A stretch of DNA of 64,000 nt from Octopus sinensis (lineage: Eukaryota), in NCBI RefSeq assembly GCF_006345805.1, contig NC_043011.1:47442464-47506463 (forward strand), in the 5' to 3' direction. Of this stretch, positions 62,646 through 64,000 are shown piece by piece (position 1 is the stretch's first letter; the number at the start of each line of letters is the position of its first letter). The position numbers were made by a program, and so were the translations under genes. The notes below the pieces were generated by a model that saw only the letters and a program-made list of their open reading frames with translations, made no database searches and was not told the origin of the DNA.

Positions 62646-63014
62646 CTTTTCTAGTATAGGCTCAAGGCCTGTAATTCATGGGGAGGGGACTTGTCAATTA
62701 CATTGACTCCAACAGAATGAAAGGCAAAGTCAACCTTGGCGGAATTTGAACTCGGAACGTTAACACAAACGAAATACCTATTTCTTTACTACCTACAAGG
62801 GGCTAAACACATAGTGAGGACAAACAAGGACAGACAAACGGATTAAGTCGATTATATCGACCCCAGTGCATAACTGATACTTATTTAATCGACCCCCAAA
62901 AGGATGAAAAGCAAAGTTGACTTTGGCGGAATGTGAACTCAGAATGCAATGGCAGATGGAATACCGCAAAGCATTTTGCCTGGCATGTTAATGATTCTGC
63001 CAGCTCACCACCTT
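62335..63014 (-). mobile_element. Cluster of SINE family B copies separated by (TAA)n
   Basis: B bodies at ~62335-62549, 62646-62770 and 62778-63014. Confidence 0.82.
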
Positions 63015-63689
63015 AATGATAAAAATAGATTTCTAATAAGGTCATACATTTTCAGAGTCAAAAGAACCAAGCCCAATTAGGGGAAGAAACACAGTAATCA
63101 TGACCCTTGTCTGGGGTCCCTATGCCTGGTGTGAGGAAGTTATTTTCAGATCAGGGATCTGGTCCTTATTTGTATAACAGAATGGACTTTAAGTGATAGA
63201 TTAAGTTTACATCCTGCAAACCAGGAACAGTCAGTTCTGCTAGTGGGTTCCAACAGATTTTGTCTGCAAAATTCTATTTCTATAGTCTGAGACTGAATTA
63301 GGAGACACTTGCCCGATGTGTTACAATATGAGATTAAACAGAAAACCATGTAGTTATGGAGCAAACTTCTTAACCATACAGCCATGCCGGCATCCATATT
63401 TTGTAAACCACCAAAGGGATGAAAGCCATGTGGACTTTCTGGTTGAAATATCACAGAAGAAGAATAAAGATGACACACTGAAAGGAGGATATTTAATGAG
63501 ATTGTTCACCGTTTCCTCCCAACCATTCTAGTAACCAATCACACCATTATTGCATCTAATATATTCACAGACATGGATGTTAATCAATTTGTTTTTACCA
63601 AATAAATGGTAAAAAAAAAAAGGAAATATAATTTAAAAAAAGAAATTTCCACTTAAATTTTTATTTTATCTGTAATTTCATTTGTTGTT

Positions 63690-63837
63690 GCCATCATTAT
63701 TATTATTATTATTATTATTGTTGTTGTTATTATTATGATTATTATTATTGTTATTATTATTATTATTATCATTATTATTATTGTTGTTATTATTATTATT
63801 ATTATTATCATCATTATTATTGTTGTTATTATTGTTA

Positions 63838-63901
<64 letters not shown>

Positions 63902-63920
63902 CATTATTATTATTATTATT
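63690..63920. repeat. (TTA)n/(TTG)n microsatellite
   Basis: Direct reading. Confidence 0.95.
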
Positions 63921-64000
63921 TCTGCGTTTCTTTACATTGTATAGGGAATAGTTCCTTTCATAACTTAGGAATCTCATGAAAGAGAGATATGGGATTCAGA

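Noticed and set aside
63146-63531. 110-aa and 71-aa ORFs
   Set aside because: Largely degenerate SINE A/B sequence (MAVWLRSLL..., SHVDF...).

Overview
This is an AT-rich, repeat-saturated eukaryotic non-coding window with no prokaryotic gene structure. The repeat inventory looks like a coleoid cephalopod (Octopus-like) intron or intergenic region; that is inference from family resemblance, not a database search. The inventory comprises several tRNA-derived SINE families, RTE/CR1/R4-Dong LINE 3' ends, Penelope termini, Helitrons, mariner/hAT/piggyBac-type MITEs and very long TA/CA/GATA/TAA microsatellites. I could not recognise any protein-coding gene. Almost all ORFs in the supplied track are read-throughs of microsatellites or SINEs. 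A few short segments have good splice signals and are listed only as low-confidence exon candidates. The most notable observations are: (1) a 42/39-bp tandem array at 51.66-51.99 kb, apparently built from the last codons of an RTE ORF2, that stays open in a shifted frame with third-position-biased variation and only in-frame indels; (2) two minimal type I hammerhead ribozyme motifs, plus one half motif, in Penelope-like termini; (3) three long hairpins: a ~120-bp-arm foldback, a TTAA-flanked Kolobok-like palindrome and a head-to-head SINE palindrome. Repeat boundaries were read by eye and may be off by 5-20 bp. Family labels A-E are my own working names.
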